A stretch of DNA of 55,062 bases, from the NCBI GenBank assembly GCA_028291605.1, contig JAQGHS010000921.1, positions 1 through 55,062 on the forward strand, read 5' to 3'. The stretch comes from Planctomycetaceae bacterium. GTDB lineage: Bacteria > Planctomycetota > Planctomycetia > Planctomycetales > Planctomycetaceae. The position numbers were made by a program, and so were the translations under genes. This document shows positions 17,198-25,857 of this stretch, piece after piece; positions within the stretch are counted from its first letter, which is position 1, and each line of letters starts with the position of its first letter. The notes beneath the pieces are model-generated. The model ran no database searches and was not told the origin of the DNA. It saw only the letters and a list, made by a program, of their open reading frames with translations.

Positions 17198-17302
17198 TAT
17201 CTCGTGTGATTCGACAGCGTCAGAGACAATCTTGAGAATTCAAATTCGATTTGCGCGTTTGATACTCAGGTATGAGCACCGCCGGTGCCTTGCGAGGTTG
17301 GC

Positions 17303-20300
17303 ATGAACGAAAGTCCACGCGCCCGACTCATTGCCTACAGCATGGCCGTGCTGGGTCCGGCGGTCTCGCTCCTGCTGCGGTGGCCGCTCTGGCCCGTGCT
17401 GGAGGATCGACTTCCGCACATGACCTTCTTGCCGGCCGTCGCGCTGGCCGCCTACTACGGTGGGCTGCGACCGGGACTGCTAGCCACCCTCCTGAGCGCC
17501 CTGGCAGCCGACTACTTTCTGTTGACCACGCACACTGGCCTTCAGATCCCGTATATCCACGTCGCCGTCGGGTTTTGCCTGTTCATCTTGACCGGGGTGA
17601 TCCTCAGCGGGCTCAGCGAATCCTTGCACCGAGCACGCCATCGCATCATGATCGATGAGCGAAAACGGGCCGAACTGGTGCTGAGGGAGAGCGAAGACCG
17701 CCTTCGTCAATTGACGGAGAACATCCACGAGATCTACTGGATGGCGGACGTCCTGAGCGATCGGATGCTCTACATCAGCCCTGGTTACGAAGAAATCTGG
17801 GGACGGACTTGCCAGAGCCTGTACGATCTGCCGCGCTACTGGATCGAGAGCATCCACCCGGACGACACTGCCGCGGCCATCGAGAACTTTGAGCAGCGTC
17901 GACGAGGTGTTTTCAATGACTTGGAGTACCGCATTGTACGATCGGATGGCTCCGTGCGGTGGATCCGGAGCCGTGCTTTCCCCATTAACGACCTGGAAGG
18001 CAAACTGTCGCGGATCGGCGGGCTGGCGGAGGACATCACCGCACGCAAGCGGGCCGAGGAAGAGCTACGGGAGAGTGAGCACCGCTGGCGCAGTCTGAAT
18101 GAGGCGCTGCCGCAACTCGTGTGGACCGCCATGCCGGACGGCACCTGTGACTACTTCAGCACGCAGTGGACGCAACACACCGGGATCCCTGAGAGTCACT
18201 TGCTGGGCTGGCAGTGGCTGGAAACGTTGCACCCGGACGACCGCGAGACGACCCGACAATTCTGGTTGAACTCCGTGGCGGGACTCCACGACTATGACGT
18301 GGAATACCGCGTCCGGCGTCTGGACGGAACGTATCGCTGGTTTAAGACGCGGGGCGTGCCCATCCGGGACAGTGATGGTGGCATCTTCAAATGGTTTGGC
18401 ACATGCACGGACATTACTGGCGGCAAGTTGGCGGAAGAAGAATTGCGTCTCGCCAAAGAGACCGCGGAGTCGGCCAATCGGGCCAAGGACGAATTCCTGG
18501 CCAACGTCAGCCACGAGATTCGCACGCCCATGAACGCGATCCTCGGCATGACCGAATTGACCCTCGACACCGCGCTGTCCGAAGAGCAGCGGCAATACCT
18601 GAAAACGGTCAAGTCAGCGGCCGACAACCTGCTGGGCATCATCAACGATCTGCTCGAATTCTCCAAGATCGAGGCCGGTAAACTGGAACTGGATCTGGCA
18701 GAGTTCGCCTTGCGACCCGCCATCAATGATACGCTGCAGGCGCTCGCGGTGCGAGCACACCGAAAAGGTCTGGAATTGGTCTGCAATATCCAGCCGGACG
18801 TACCCGATTCCTTAATCGGCGACGCCGGACGGTTGCGCCAAGTGCTGCTCAACCTGGTTGGTAACGCGATCAAATTCACAGATGTCGGTGAGGTTGTCGT
18901 GGGGGTCGAAACGGCTGGTGACCTGGCGCCCGACGAAGTGGATGTGACGCTGCTGATTTCCGTGACCGATACGGGCATTGGGATTTCGCCCGACAAGCAC
19001 GAGGCAATTTTCCGGGCATTTGAGCAAGAGGACATGTCGACTTCACGCAAGTACGGCGGCACGGGACTCGGGCTGACAATTACTGCACGGCTCGTCACGT
19101 TGATGGGTGGCTTAATTAGCGTGGACAGCCAGCCGGGTCGGGGCAGTACCTTCACATTCACGGCACGCTTCGGACGAACAGCACACCTCTCGGACTCGGT
19201 TCCTGCAAATCCGCCTGTACTGCTCCATAACCTGCCCGTACTCATCGTGGACGACAATTCGACGAACCGACATATCCTGACCGAGTGGCTGCGCGGATGG
19301 ACGATGGAGCCCAGCGCCGTCGGTGACGGTGTGGCGGCCATGGATGCCTTATGGCATGGTGCCGCCAATGGACGGCAATATGCGCTCATTCTGTTAGACG
19401 CTCGCATGCCTGATACGGACGGCCTGGCGCTGGCTACCAGGATCCGCGAGCGGAGTGCGCTCTCATCCACGCGGATCATTCTGTTGACATCCGGAGACCG
19501 GCCCGGTGACGCTGCACGCTCCCATCAACTTGGGATCAACGGTCGTCTCCTGAAGCCAGTCCGGCAGGATGAGTTGCTCGACACGATCTACCGGGTCATG
19601 AGCCGATCCAATGGCGATGCTCCGGCGGTGGCTGGACCAGCGCCGGCTCCCCAACTGGGTCTCGCCCCGGCTCAGAATGTGGTACCGCTGCGCGTGCTGG
19701 TGGCCGAGGACAACGATTTCAACGTGCAGCTCCTGGAACAACTGCTTCTACGGCGAGGCTGCCGTGTGCGCGTGGCAATCAACGGTCGCGAGGCGCTAGA
19801 TCTCGCGATCGAGGGGGGCTTCGACCTGCTGCTGCTGGACGTCCACATGCCGGAACTGGACGGATTCCAGGTCATTCACGCGATTCGCGAAAGGGAACGG
19901 GTCGCAGGCGGACATTTGCCCGCGATCGCGTTGACGGCCAGCGCACGAAATGAGGATCGTGACAAATGCCTGGCGGCCGGGATGGATGAATTCCTGTCCA
20001 AGCCGATTCAGGCTGCCGCTTTGTGGGATGTGATCGACCGGGTCGTGCTTCTCAACCCACCGGTTCCGGTGACACGTGCTAATCCGATCGCAGTTGAGCA
20101 GCCAGACCTCATCGATGCGCGCGTATTATTGGCAGCCTGCGGCGGTGACGAACTCATCCTGAGCAAACTCTGCCAGACATTTCGAGTTCGCCTGCCGGCC
20201 TCTCTCATTGCGGTTCAAGACGCGCTGCGCGATCGTGACGCACTTCAGTTGCGCGAAGCCGCGCATAAGTTAAGTGGAATGATCGCGGTATTCTCCTCAG

Positions 20301-20512
20301 TGGCGGGTGATATGGCGTCTAGCCTTGAAGATCATGCGGCCTGCGACGGCCTTGAAGAGTGCCGATCACTGGTCGAACACATTGATGCAGTCGCCCTCAC
20401 AATCATCCAGCAGCTCGATGGATTGTCGATCGAAACCTTGCGACAACGCGCAGCACTTGTCGAGTCGTCGGATACCCAGGCGAGGAATCTGGCCCGCGGC
20501 CCTGGGGCATGA
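17303..20512 (+). CDS. hybrid sensor histidine kinase (membrane N-terminal module, 3 PAS, HisKA, HATPase_c, 2 receivers, HPt)
   Basis: H-box SHEIRTPMNAILGMTEL and G-boxes GTGLGLTI. REC1 is LIVDDNSTNRHIL...LLDARMPDTDG and REC2 is VLVAEDNDFNVQLL...LLLDVHMPELDGF. The C-terminal HPt has AAHKLSGMIAVF. The ATG at 17303 has GAGG 5 nt upstream; the track GTG at 17285 is an alternative start. Confidence 0.92.
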   Translation: MNESPRARLIAYSMAVLGPAVSLLLRWPLWPVLEDRLPHMTFLPAVALAAYYGGLRPGLLATLLSALAADYFLLTTHTGLQIPYIHVAVGFCLFILTGVILSGLSESLHRARHRIMIDERKRAELVLRESEDRLRQLTENIHEIYWMADVLSDRMLYISPGYEEIWGRTCQSLYDLPRYWIESIHPDDTAAAIENFEQRRRGVFNDLEYRIVRSDGSVRWIRSRAFPINDLEGKLSRIGGLAEDITARKRAEEELRESEHRWRSLNEALPQLVWTAMPDGTCDYFSTQWTQHTGIPESHLLGWQWLETLHPDDRETTRQFWLNSVAGLHDYDVEYRVRRLDGTYRWFKTRGVPIRDSDGGIFKWFGTCTDITGGKLAEEELRLAKETAESANRAKDEFLANVSHEIRTPMNAILGMTELTLDTALSEEQRQYLKTVKSAADNLLGIINDLLEFSKIEAGKLELDLAEFALRPAINDTLQALAVRAHRKGLELVCNIQPDVPDSLIGDAGRLRQVLLNLVGNAIKFTDVGEVVVGVETAGDLAPDEVDVTLLISVTDTGIGISPDKHEAIFRAFEQEDMSTSRKYGGTGLGLTITARLVTLMGGLISVDSQPGRGSTFTFTARFGRTAHLSDSVPANPPVLLHNLPVLIVDDNSTNRHILTEWLRGWTMEPSAVGDGVAAMDALWHGAANGRQYALILLDARMPDTDGLALATRIRERSALSSTRIILLTSGDRPGDAARSHQLGINGRLLKPVRQDELLDTIYRVMSRSNGDAPAVAGPAPAPQLGLAPAQNVVPLRVLVAEDNDFNVQLLEQLLLRRGCRVRVAINGREALDLAIEGGFDLLLLDVHMPELDGFQVIHAIRERERVAGGHLPAIALTASARNEDRDKCLAAGMDEFLSKPIQAAALWDVIDRVVLLNPPVPVTRANPIAVEQPDLIDARVLLAACGGDELILSKLCQTFRVRLPASLIAVQDALRDRDALQLREAAHKLSGMIAVFSSVAGDMASSLEDHAACDGLEECRSLVEHIDAVALTIIQQLDGLSIETLRQRAALVESSDTQARNLARGPGA

Positions 20513-20522
20513 CTCGCTTCTC

Positions 20523-20747
20523 TTACCTAATTGTGAGGATGACCCTGCCGAAATGGAGACCCTCAACAAGGTAACGCAGCGCATCAGCGACTTCAGCCAG
20601 CGAGAAGGTCTTAGCCACAATCGGTTTGATCGCGCCCGATTTGACTAGAGCGACAATTACGTTCCAGGCCTCAGCAATGGCCGCCTGCGGCTGAGCAAAC
20701 ATGTTGAGACTCCGGATGCTAGCCAGCGGTACAACGAGATCTGTCAC
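20523..20747 (-). pseudogene. C-terminal remnant of a zinc-type alcohol dehydrogenase / quinone oxidoreductase (MDR) gene
   Basis: The 74-aa ORF ends ...LVKSGAIKPIVAKTFSLAEVADALRYLVEGLHFGRVILTIR, a typical MDR C-terminus. The N-terminal roughly 260 aa are absent, because the neighbouring gene's stop is 13 nt upstream. Confidence 0.6.
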
Positions 20748-20759
20748 GTCAATGGTTGC

Positions 20760-21167
20760 TTACCGGTACACCGGAAACGATTCACCGAACATCGGCCTGC
20801 CGCTCTTGGATTGCTCTTGAGTCGCCTCATCCTGAATGACGTCCCAGTGTTCGACAAGGACACCGTCCTCGATCCGGAGGATGTCCGCCGCAATCCAGTT
20901 CACCGGTGCCCCGAATCCTGAAAACCGCCCATGAACTATCACAAAGTCCCCGTCAGCCACAATGACACCGGCCTCGTATTTCAGCGTCGACGGCATACTC
21001 TTGACGAGATCGAAGAGGCCCTCGCGGCCAGGGGCAATGTGCGCGCTGTGCTGGATGTAGTTGGGCGACCAGTACCGCTCAGCCCCGACGTAATCTCGCG
21101 TGTTAAACAGGGTATCGAAGGCCTCAAGTACGAGTGCCTTACTCCTCTCCTGTTTCGTCTGACTCAT
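20760..21167 (-). CDS. SnoaL-like / NTF2-family protein
   Basis: 135 aa: KALVLEAFDTLFNTRDYVGAERYWSPNYIQHSAHIAPGREGL...FVIVHGRFSGFG, typical of SnoaL-like polyketide-cyclase-fold proteins. Confidence 0.8.
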   Translation of the reverse strand: MSQTKQERSKALVLEAFDTLFNTRDYVGAERYWSPNYIQHSAHIAPGREGLFDLVKSMPSTLKYEAGVIVADGDFVIVHGRFSGFGAPVNWIAADILRIEDGVLVEHWDVIQDEATQEQSKSGRPMFGESFPVYR

Positions 21168-21382
21168 AGTTCTGCTCCTAAGTCTACGAGAATGCTGACA
21201 CCCGATTCGCCCTACAAGTCAGTCAGTCAGTCAGCGCCACATCGGGGACGAGCGCCAAGGTTGCGTTCGCATAGTCAACGTCGGACAGACCGTTAACTCG
21301 CCAAGGCTATTGAACGGGTTTAAGCGTCAGCGCGGCCAATTCGCTACGGATAGTGGTCGGGAGGCATCTGCTGGCGGAATCC

Positions 21383-22132
21383 TCACTGAGGGTTAGCCAT
21401 CATGTCGTTGAACTGGAATACGAACGCGGCTTCGTCAGGGCCGGCGTTGTTTCGGAGAGGTTTGGCCCGCTCCACCAGCACTTCCTCTGCCTCTGTCCCC
21501 AAGACCCGCACCGTCTCCTCGACGAAGTCGGCGAGCGGCATTGCCCGCGGTTCGTTGTTGCTGCCGAGCAGGTCCGTCTGCACCCACGGCGGCGCGATCT
21601 CGAGCACCTTCACCGGGGTGTCCTTCAGTTTGTAGCGGAGTGACATAGTGTACGAGTGTAATGCAGCCTTTGACGCCGAATACACCGCCGTCATCGCCAG
21701 CGGCACGAACGCCAGCACCGACGAGTTGTTGATCACGGCGGCATTCGGCTGACGCTTCAGGTGCTCGATCAGCGCCCCAGTCATCCGGATCGGCCCCATG
21801 ACATTGGTCACCAGCGTGGTGACCAGCAGGTTTTCGTCGATCGCAGTGGAGGCGTCGTCGATTTGCATGATGCCGGCATTGTTAATGAGCACATTGAGCT
21901 TCGGGAAGTCCGTAATGAGCCGGCCGGCGACGGCGGAGATGCTGGCGGGGTCCTCAATGTCGAGCTCAACCCACCGCATGCCAGGATTGGCATTGGCCAC
22001 CTCGGTGAGGCGTTCCTTTCGTCGGCCAGCGATGATTACCTGATTGCCGCTCTTGTGCAGAGCTTCGGCCAAGCCGCGTCCAATGCCGGATCCGCCCCCA
22101 GTGATGAAAATCGTGTTGCCGGTAAGTTTCAT
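21383..22132 (-). CDS. SDR-family short-chain oxidoreductase
   Basis: 249 aa with the Rossmann motif TGGGSGIGRGLA, NNAG, and the catalytic YSASKAAL (Y-x3-K). Confidence 0.9.
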   Translation of the reverse strand: MKLTGNTIFITGGGSGIGRGLAEALHKSGNQVIIAGRRKERLTEVANANPGMRWVELDIEDPASISAVAGRLITDFPKLNVLINNAGIMQIDDASTAIDENLLVTTLVTNVMGPIRMTGALIEHLKRQPNAAVINNSSVLAFVPLAMTAVYSASKAALHSYTMSLRYKLKDTPVKVLEIAPPWVQTDLLGSNNEPRAMPLADFVEETVRVLGTEAEEVLVERAKPLRNNAGPDEAAFVFQFNDMMANPQ

Positions 22133-22257
22133 GATTGTTCCTCTCTTGTCGAACTCTTTGATGAATTCTTCCAGACTCAGGGCGACACCCGCTTGATCGC
22201 CTCTCTATGCTGGTATACCGACGGGAGGTGTGTGTCTTACACAAAAAATGGCCAACT

Positions 22258-23235
22258 TCAGCAATCACGTGTGAACACCGTCTTGCCGTATGTGTGACCT
22301 TCCCACATCGCACGGAAGCCTTCTTCGGCACGCTCCATCGGCAGCACGAGACCGATCTCCGGCTCGATCCCGGCTTGGGCAATCAGCCCAATCATGTTCT
22401 CCATGTCTTGCAGTGTGCCCATGATGGAACCAGTGATGGTGAGCTGGTCTGCAAAGACCGGCAGGAGATTCAGCGTCACATCAAACCCTGTTGTGCCGCC
22501 GACCGTCACCAGCGTGCCGCCGCGGGCAAGCGACGACATGCTGTGAGCCCAGGAGTGCGCGCCGACGTTATCGATGACGGCACGCACCTTCCTGGGCAAC
22601 GGCCGGCTGGAAACGAAACTCTCGTGCGCGCCGAGGGTCTTGGCCCGCGCTCGCCCTTCCTCCGTGCGACTTGTGACCCAGATCTCGAAGCCTGCCGCCC
22701 GCCCGAGTTGGATGAGGGCCGTCGCCATACCGCCAGTCGCGCCCTGGATCAGTACCGTCTCACCGGCCCGGAGTCCCGATTTGGTGAAGAGCGCACGGTA
22801 CGCGGTCAACCAGGCCGTGCCGAGGACCGAGGCATGGAGCGGCGACAGGGTCTTCGGCAACAAAACCGCGTTTCGGGTCGGTACGACGGCGTAGTCCGCG
22901 AACGTGCCGTGGATGAACTCGCTGGGAATGTGCCACTGGGGATCGAGCGTCTCGTCACCGCGCCAGTCATCGCTACCCATCATCGGGTAAATAACGACCG
23001 GCGTACCGTCATCCAGAACGCCGGCCGCGTCATTGCCCAGGATGATTGGATAGGTAATGCCTTCGGGATGCCCACTCATCCCACGTAGCGTGAAAAGATC
23101 GTGGCGATTCAGACTGGCGTGGCTGATCTTCACGCGCACCCACCCCTCGGGAACGTTCGGATCGGGCTGCTCGTCGATCTTCAGCGCTGCGAGTGGGTCA
23201 TCGGGAGCGGCGTGCGTGGCGTAAACTGCAAACAT
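22258..23235 (-). CDS. zinc-binding alcohol dehydrogenase family / NADPH:quinone oxidoreductase (MDR)
   Basis: Shows an MDR fold pattern (SLNRHDLFTLRG..., GETVLIQGATGGMATALIQL). The ATG at 23235 (MFAVYATH) has GAAGG about 9 nt upstream; the track GTG at 23268 abuts the upstream stop. Confidence 0.85.
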   Translation of the reverse strand: MFAVYATHAAPDDPLAALKIDEQPDPNVPEGWVRVKISHASLNRHDLFTLRGMSGHPEGITYPIILGNDAAGVLDDGTPVVIYPMMGSDDWRGDETLDPQWHIPSEFIHGTFADYAVVPTRNAVLLPKTLSPLHASVLGTAWLTAYRALFTKSGLRAGETVLIQGATGGMATALIQLGRAAGFEIWVTSRTEEGRARAKTLGAHESFVSSRPLPRKVRAVIDNVGAHSWAHSMSSLARGGTLVTVGGTTGFDVTLNLLPVFADQLTITGSIMGTLQDMENMIGLIAQAGIEPEIGLVLPMERAEEGFRAMWEGHTYGKTVFTRDC

Positions 23236-23268
23236 TGGCGTTGACCTTCTTTGTCCGACAACTGTCAC

Positions 23269-23595
23269 TCACGGGGTGATTTCCAGCGACGCGATTTTGT
23301 CGCCTTCAATATCGAAGTAGAACCGCAGATTCACGGGGCTGCCAGGAAAATTCCCAGTGAGCCGGCTCGTGACGACTAACTTTCCATCCTTCTGCTCGCA
23401 CGCGATTGGCTCGCTCGTGTACTGATACTTGGCCGAGGCATCCGTCTTCCACTGTTTGATCGCGGCCCGGCCGCGGTAGGTGTGTCCTTCGTCCTTTACA
23501 ATGGCATTCTCGGCAAAGCACTGCGAAACGGCTTCACTGTCGACTTTGTCGGCGGCGAAGTACTTGGCGATGAGTTCTGGAAGCTTGAGAGTCAC
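23269..23595 (-). CDS. NTF2/SnoaL-like (ketosteroid-isomerase-fold) small protein
   Basis: Reads VTLKLPELIAKYFAADKVDSEAVSQCFAENAIVKDEGHTYRGRAAIKQWK.... The GTG at 23595 is preceded by AGGAGG with a 7-nt spacer, so the longer track ORF (to 23679) is probably an over-extension. Confidence 0.7.
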   Translation of the reverse strand: MTLKLPELIAKYFAADKVDSEAVSQCFAENAIVKDEGHTYRGRAAIKQWKTDASAKYQYTSEPIACEQKDGKLVVTSRLTGNFPGSPVNLRFYFDIEGDKIASLEITP

Positions 23596-23700
23596 AGGGT
23601 CACCTCCTGGGTTTGAGATTTGTGGGGGACTATCGCCCCCGCCGATCTCATAGACACATGCGGAGACTGACCGTGACAACTCTTGCCAAGATTTCTCAAT

Positions 23701-24579
23701 TCAAACGCAGTGCCCCGCGCAACTCAGCGCTCGCCAGCGCGCGCCGTAGCCAACTGATCTGGTCCGCCGGCTGGAGGAGGGGTGTTCGCGGAAAATCTCG
23801 GCATGCTGCCGTTCAACAACATCCTCGATGTCGCGGACTGTTTCGGCAGCGATATCTTTCACGCGCTGGACATGCTTCCCCGCGAACAAGAGATGCTCTG
23901 GATCGACGTGGCCGTGCTCGATGAAACCTTTGGTTTTCTTGGGGCAAAGGCAGGGATTGGCCTTGTTCACCAAGCCGCACTGGTGGTTCATGAAGCTAGA
24001 CAGATCGCGGCGTGCGCGGGCCAAACACTGACGAAAGTTGTCGGCGGTCATCTCCAGAACCTCGCCGCCCACCGTGTCACTCGCACCGAAGATCTCGCCG
24101 AGCGTGAAAACCAACCGCTGCTTGCGGTCCAGGCAGAGCAACATGCCGGTCGTGCAGCTGAGTTTGGCCTCTTCAACCAGGAGCGGCATGTCCACCGGCA
24201 CGCTGTGGGGATCGGGCAAGTCCAGGTTCGGCGTGTTGTCGATGGCGGTGCCATATTCAGCAAAGGTCGTCACCTGCGTCTCCGCGCGGCGGCGTTTCAT
24301 ATTGAGCACATGGTTCGCAGCGATGCGGTAGAGCCAGGTGCGGAACTTGCTCTCGCCCTTGAACGTGCTGAGCTGGGTGATCACCTTGATCAGCACCTCT
24401 TGGGTCACTTCTTCCGCATCCTGCGGTTGGAAGACCATGCGGACGGCGATGTTGTAGATCCACGCCTGATGTCGCAGGACGAGTTCCTCGAGCGCGACGC
24501 GATCACCACTCTTGGCACGGGCCACCAAGGTCGTGTCGGTAGAATCGCTGTCAACGACTTCGGCCAACGGGTTGAACAT
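23701..24579 (-). CDS. ECF sigma factor with a roughly 110-aa C-terminal extension
   Basis: 292 aa. Region 2 (LVLRHQAWIYNIAVRMV...DAEEVTQEVLIKV...FRTWLYRIAANHVLN) and region 4 are followed by a Cys/His-containing tail (NHQCGLVNKANPCLCPKKTKGFIEHGHVDPEHL...). No anti-sigma gene is adjacent. Confidence 0.85.
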   Translation of the reverse strand: MFNPLAEVVDSDSTDTTLVARAKSGDRVALEELVLRHQAWIYNIAVRMVFQPQDAEEVTQEVLIKVITQLSTFKGESKFRTWLYRIAANHVLNMKRRRAETQVTTFAEYGTAIDNTPNLDLPDPHSVPVDMPLLVEEAKLSCTTGMLLCLDRKQRLVFTLGEIFGASDTVGGEVLEMTADNFRQCLARARRDLSSFMNHQCGLVNKANPCLCPKKTKGFIEHGHVDPEHLLFAGKHVQRVKDIAAETVRDIEDVVERQHAEIFREHPSSSRRTRSVGYGARWRALSCAGHCV

Positions 24580-24740
24580 GGCTGGGCTCCTTCGGCCACG
24601 CAGACATTAATCAATTGTCCCTTAGACACGGATAAAGAGCGAGTGTGACAGGATCGATAATGAAATAGCGGCGCGGGCTGCGAGCAAAGCTCTTGGGGCC
24701 CAATCTGCTGCCAATTCTCACCGGGTTTCTTCTCAGGCAT

Positions 24741-24769
24741 TTGACATTTTACTTGAAGCCACGTATCTT
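24741..24769 (+). promoter_or_regulatory. sigma-70-type promoter of the marR operon
   Basis: TTGACA (24741-24746), an exact 17-nt spacer, then TATCTT (24764-24769). GAGG at 24792 follows, then the TTG start at 24804. Confidence 0.6.
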
Positions 24770-24781
24770 GATATCAAGGTA
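24764..24781. promoter_or_regulatory. palindromic operator overlapping the -10 element (probable MarR binding site)
   Basis: TAtCTTGATATCAAGgTA has a perfect 12-bp palindrome core, CTTGATATCAAG (24767-24778), flanked by TA/TA. It overlaps the -10 hexamer of the marR promoter. Confidence 0.55.
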
Positions 24782-24803
24782 CTAAACAAGTGAGGTAAAT
24801 GAA

Positions 24804-25271
24804 TTGGAATCCTTGACCGGGGGTAGTGGCGTTCACGTTTTTCTGGTGTTGTGGAAGGCGTCGCGGGCGCTGCAGGACTATGCCGCAAAGAGCATCTCCG
24901 AGTTGGAGATGTGCGGCAGCGACTTTGCTGTGCTCGAGGCGCTGCTGCACAAAGGGCCGCTTCCCGTGAATGAGATCGGAAAGAAGATCCTGCTGACGAG
25001 CGGCTCGATCACCGTCGCCATTGACCGCCTGGAGACGAAGGGGTTGGTGGAACGGCGGGCGTCCGGTACCGACCGGCGGGCGAGGATCGTGCACTTGACG
25101 AAGGACGGCAGGAAACTGATCACCCACGCCTTTGCGGACCACGCCGCCGACCTGGAACGGCTCGCGTCTGCTTCCTTGACCAAGGTCGAGCGTGAGACGC
25201 TCATCCGCCTGTTAAAGAAGATCGGCTACGAGGCCGCAGGCGCGTCAGAACAGAGTGAAAGTACGACTTGA
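24804..25271 (+). CDS. MarR-family transcriptional regulator
   Basis: 155 aa with a winged-HTH pattern: FAVLEALLHKGPLPVNEIGKKILLTSGSITVAIDRLETKGLVERRASGTDRRARIVHLTKDG. It has a TTG start with GAGG 8 nt upstream. Confidence 0.88.
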   Translation: MESLTGGSGVHVFLVLWKASRALQDYAAKSISELEMCGSDFAVLEALLHKGPLPVNEIGKKILLTSGSITVAIDRLETKGLVERRASGTDRRARIVHLTKDGRKLITHAFADHAADLERLASASLTKVERETLIRLLKKIGYEAAGASEQSESTT

Positions 25272-25309
25272 GTCGTGGATGGGCCAATCATAATGAAACA
25301 AGGTGCAAC

Positions 25310-25801
25310 ATGAATCCGTCAAAACCTGAAGTGCAAGACCGCCCGGCGGTGGACATCGCTCTGCTCGGCGTGCGCGTGATTGTAGGGATCATCTTTGTCG
25401 CTCACGGTGCCCAGAAGCTTTTCGGCGCGTTTGGTGGGCCGGGGCTGGCGGCCATGGTCCAGCCGCCCCCCAATGGCATGGGGCCGCTCGGCTATCCGGT
25501 CACGATCGGTGAATTCTTCGGTGGCCTGGGCCTGATCTTCGGCTTCCTGTCCCGGTTCTCCGCGGCTTCGCTCATCGTGATCATGCTGGGGGCCATCGGC
25601 CTGGTTCATGGCCAGCATGGCTTTTTCCTCGGTCATGGCCCGGCCGACACGCTCGCCACATCCGGCTTCGAGTACAACCTGGCCCTGATTGGGCTGCTCG
25701 CTCCCATCCTGATCGCCGGTCCCGGAAGGATTGCCATCGGCCGGTTTTTGCCCTTACCTAAGTCGGCGCAAACTGGGCAGCCGATCACAGTCCTGGAGTA
25801 G
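25310..25801 (+). CDS. DoxX-family membrane protein
   Basis: Reads ALLGVRVIVGIIFVAHGAQKLFGAFGGPGL..., with four hydrophobic helices. The ATG at 25310 (MNPSKPE) is preferred over the upstream track start that overlaps marR. Confidence 0.85.
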   Translation: MNPSKPEVQDRPAVDIALLGVRVIVGIIFVAHGAQKLFGAFGGPGLAAMVQPPPNGMGPLGYPVTIGEFFGGLGLIFGFLSRFSAASLIVIMLGAIGLVHGQHGFFLGHGPADTLATSGFEYNLALIGLLAPILIAGPGRIAIGRFLPLPKSAQTGQPITVLE

Positions 25802-25857
25802 TTGAATTTACCAACATCAGGCAAATGCAGACGGCAAACAAAGACAAGGAGCTCGAC

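Noticed and set aside
17278-17293. Minus-strand AGGCACCGGCGGTGCT, considered as a sigma-54 promoter for the NtrC-type gene itself.
   Set aside because: The -12 box is GTGC rather than TTGC. The site overlaps the kinase start codon region more than 200 nt upstream of the regulator ATG. It is weaker than the other three candidates.
18292-19479. 395-aa minus-strand ORF within the hybrid kinase gene (17303-20512).
   Set aside because: It is antisense to conserved HisKA, HATPase and REC coding sequence, and its Ser/Arg/Pro-rich composition is typical of an antisense frame.
22207-24648. Long plus-strand ORFs 22207-23088 (293 aa) and 23782-24648 (288 aa).
   Set aside because: Both are antisense to recognisable genes (the MDR oxidoreductase and the ECF sigma factor). 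Their composition is Arg/His/Gly-skewed, and they have no start context.
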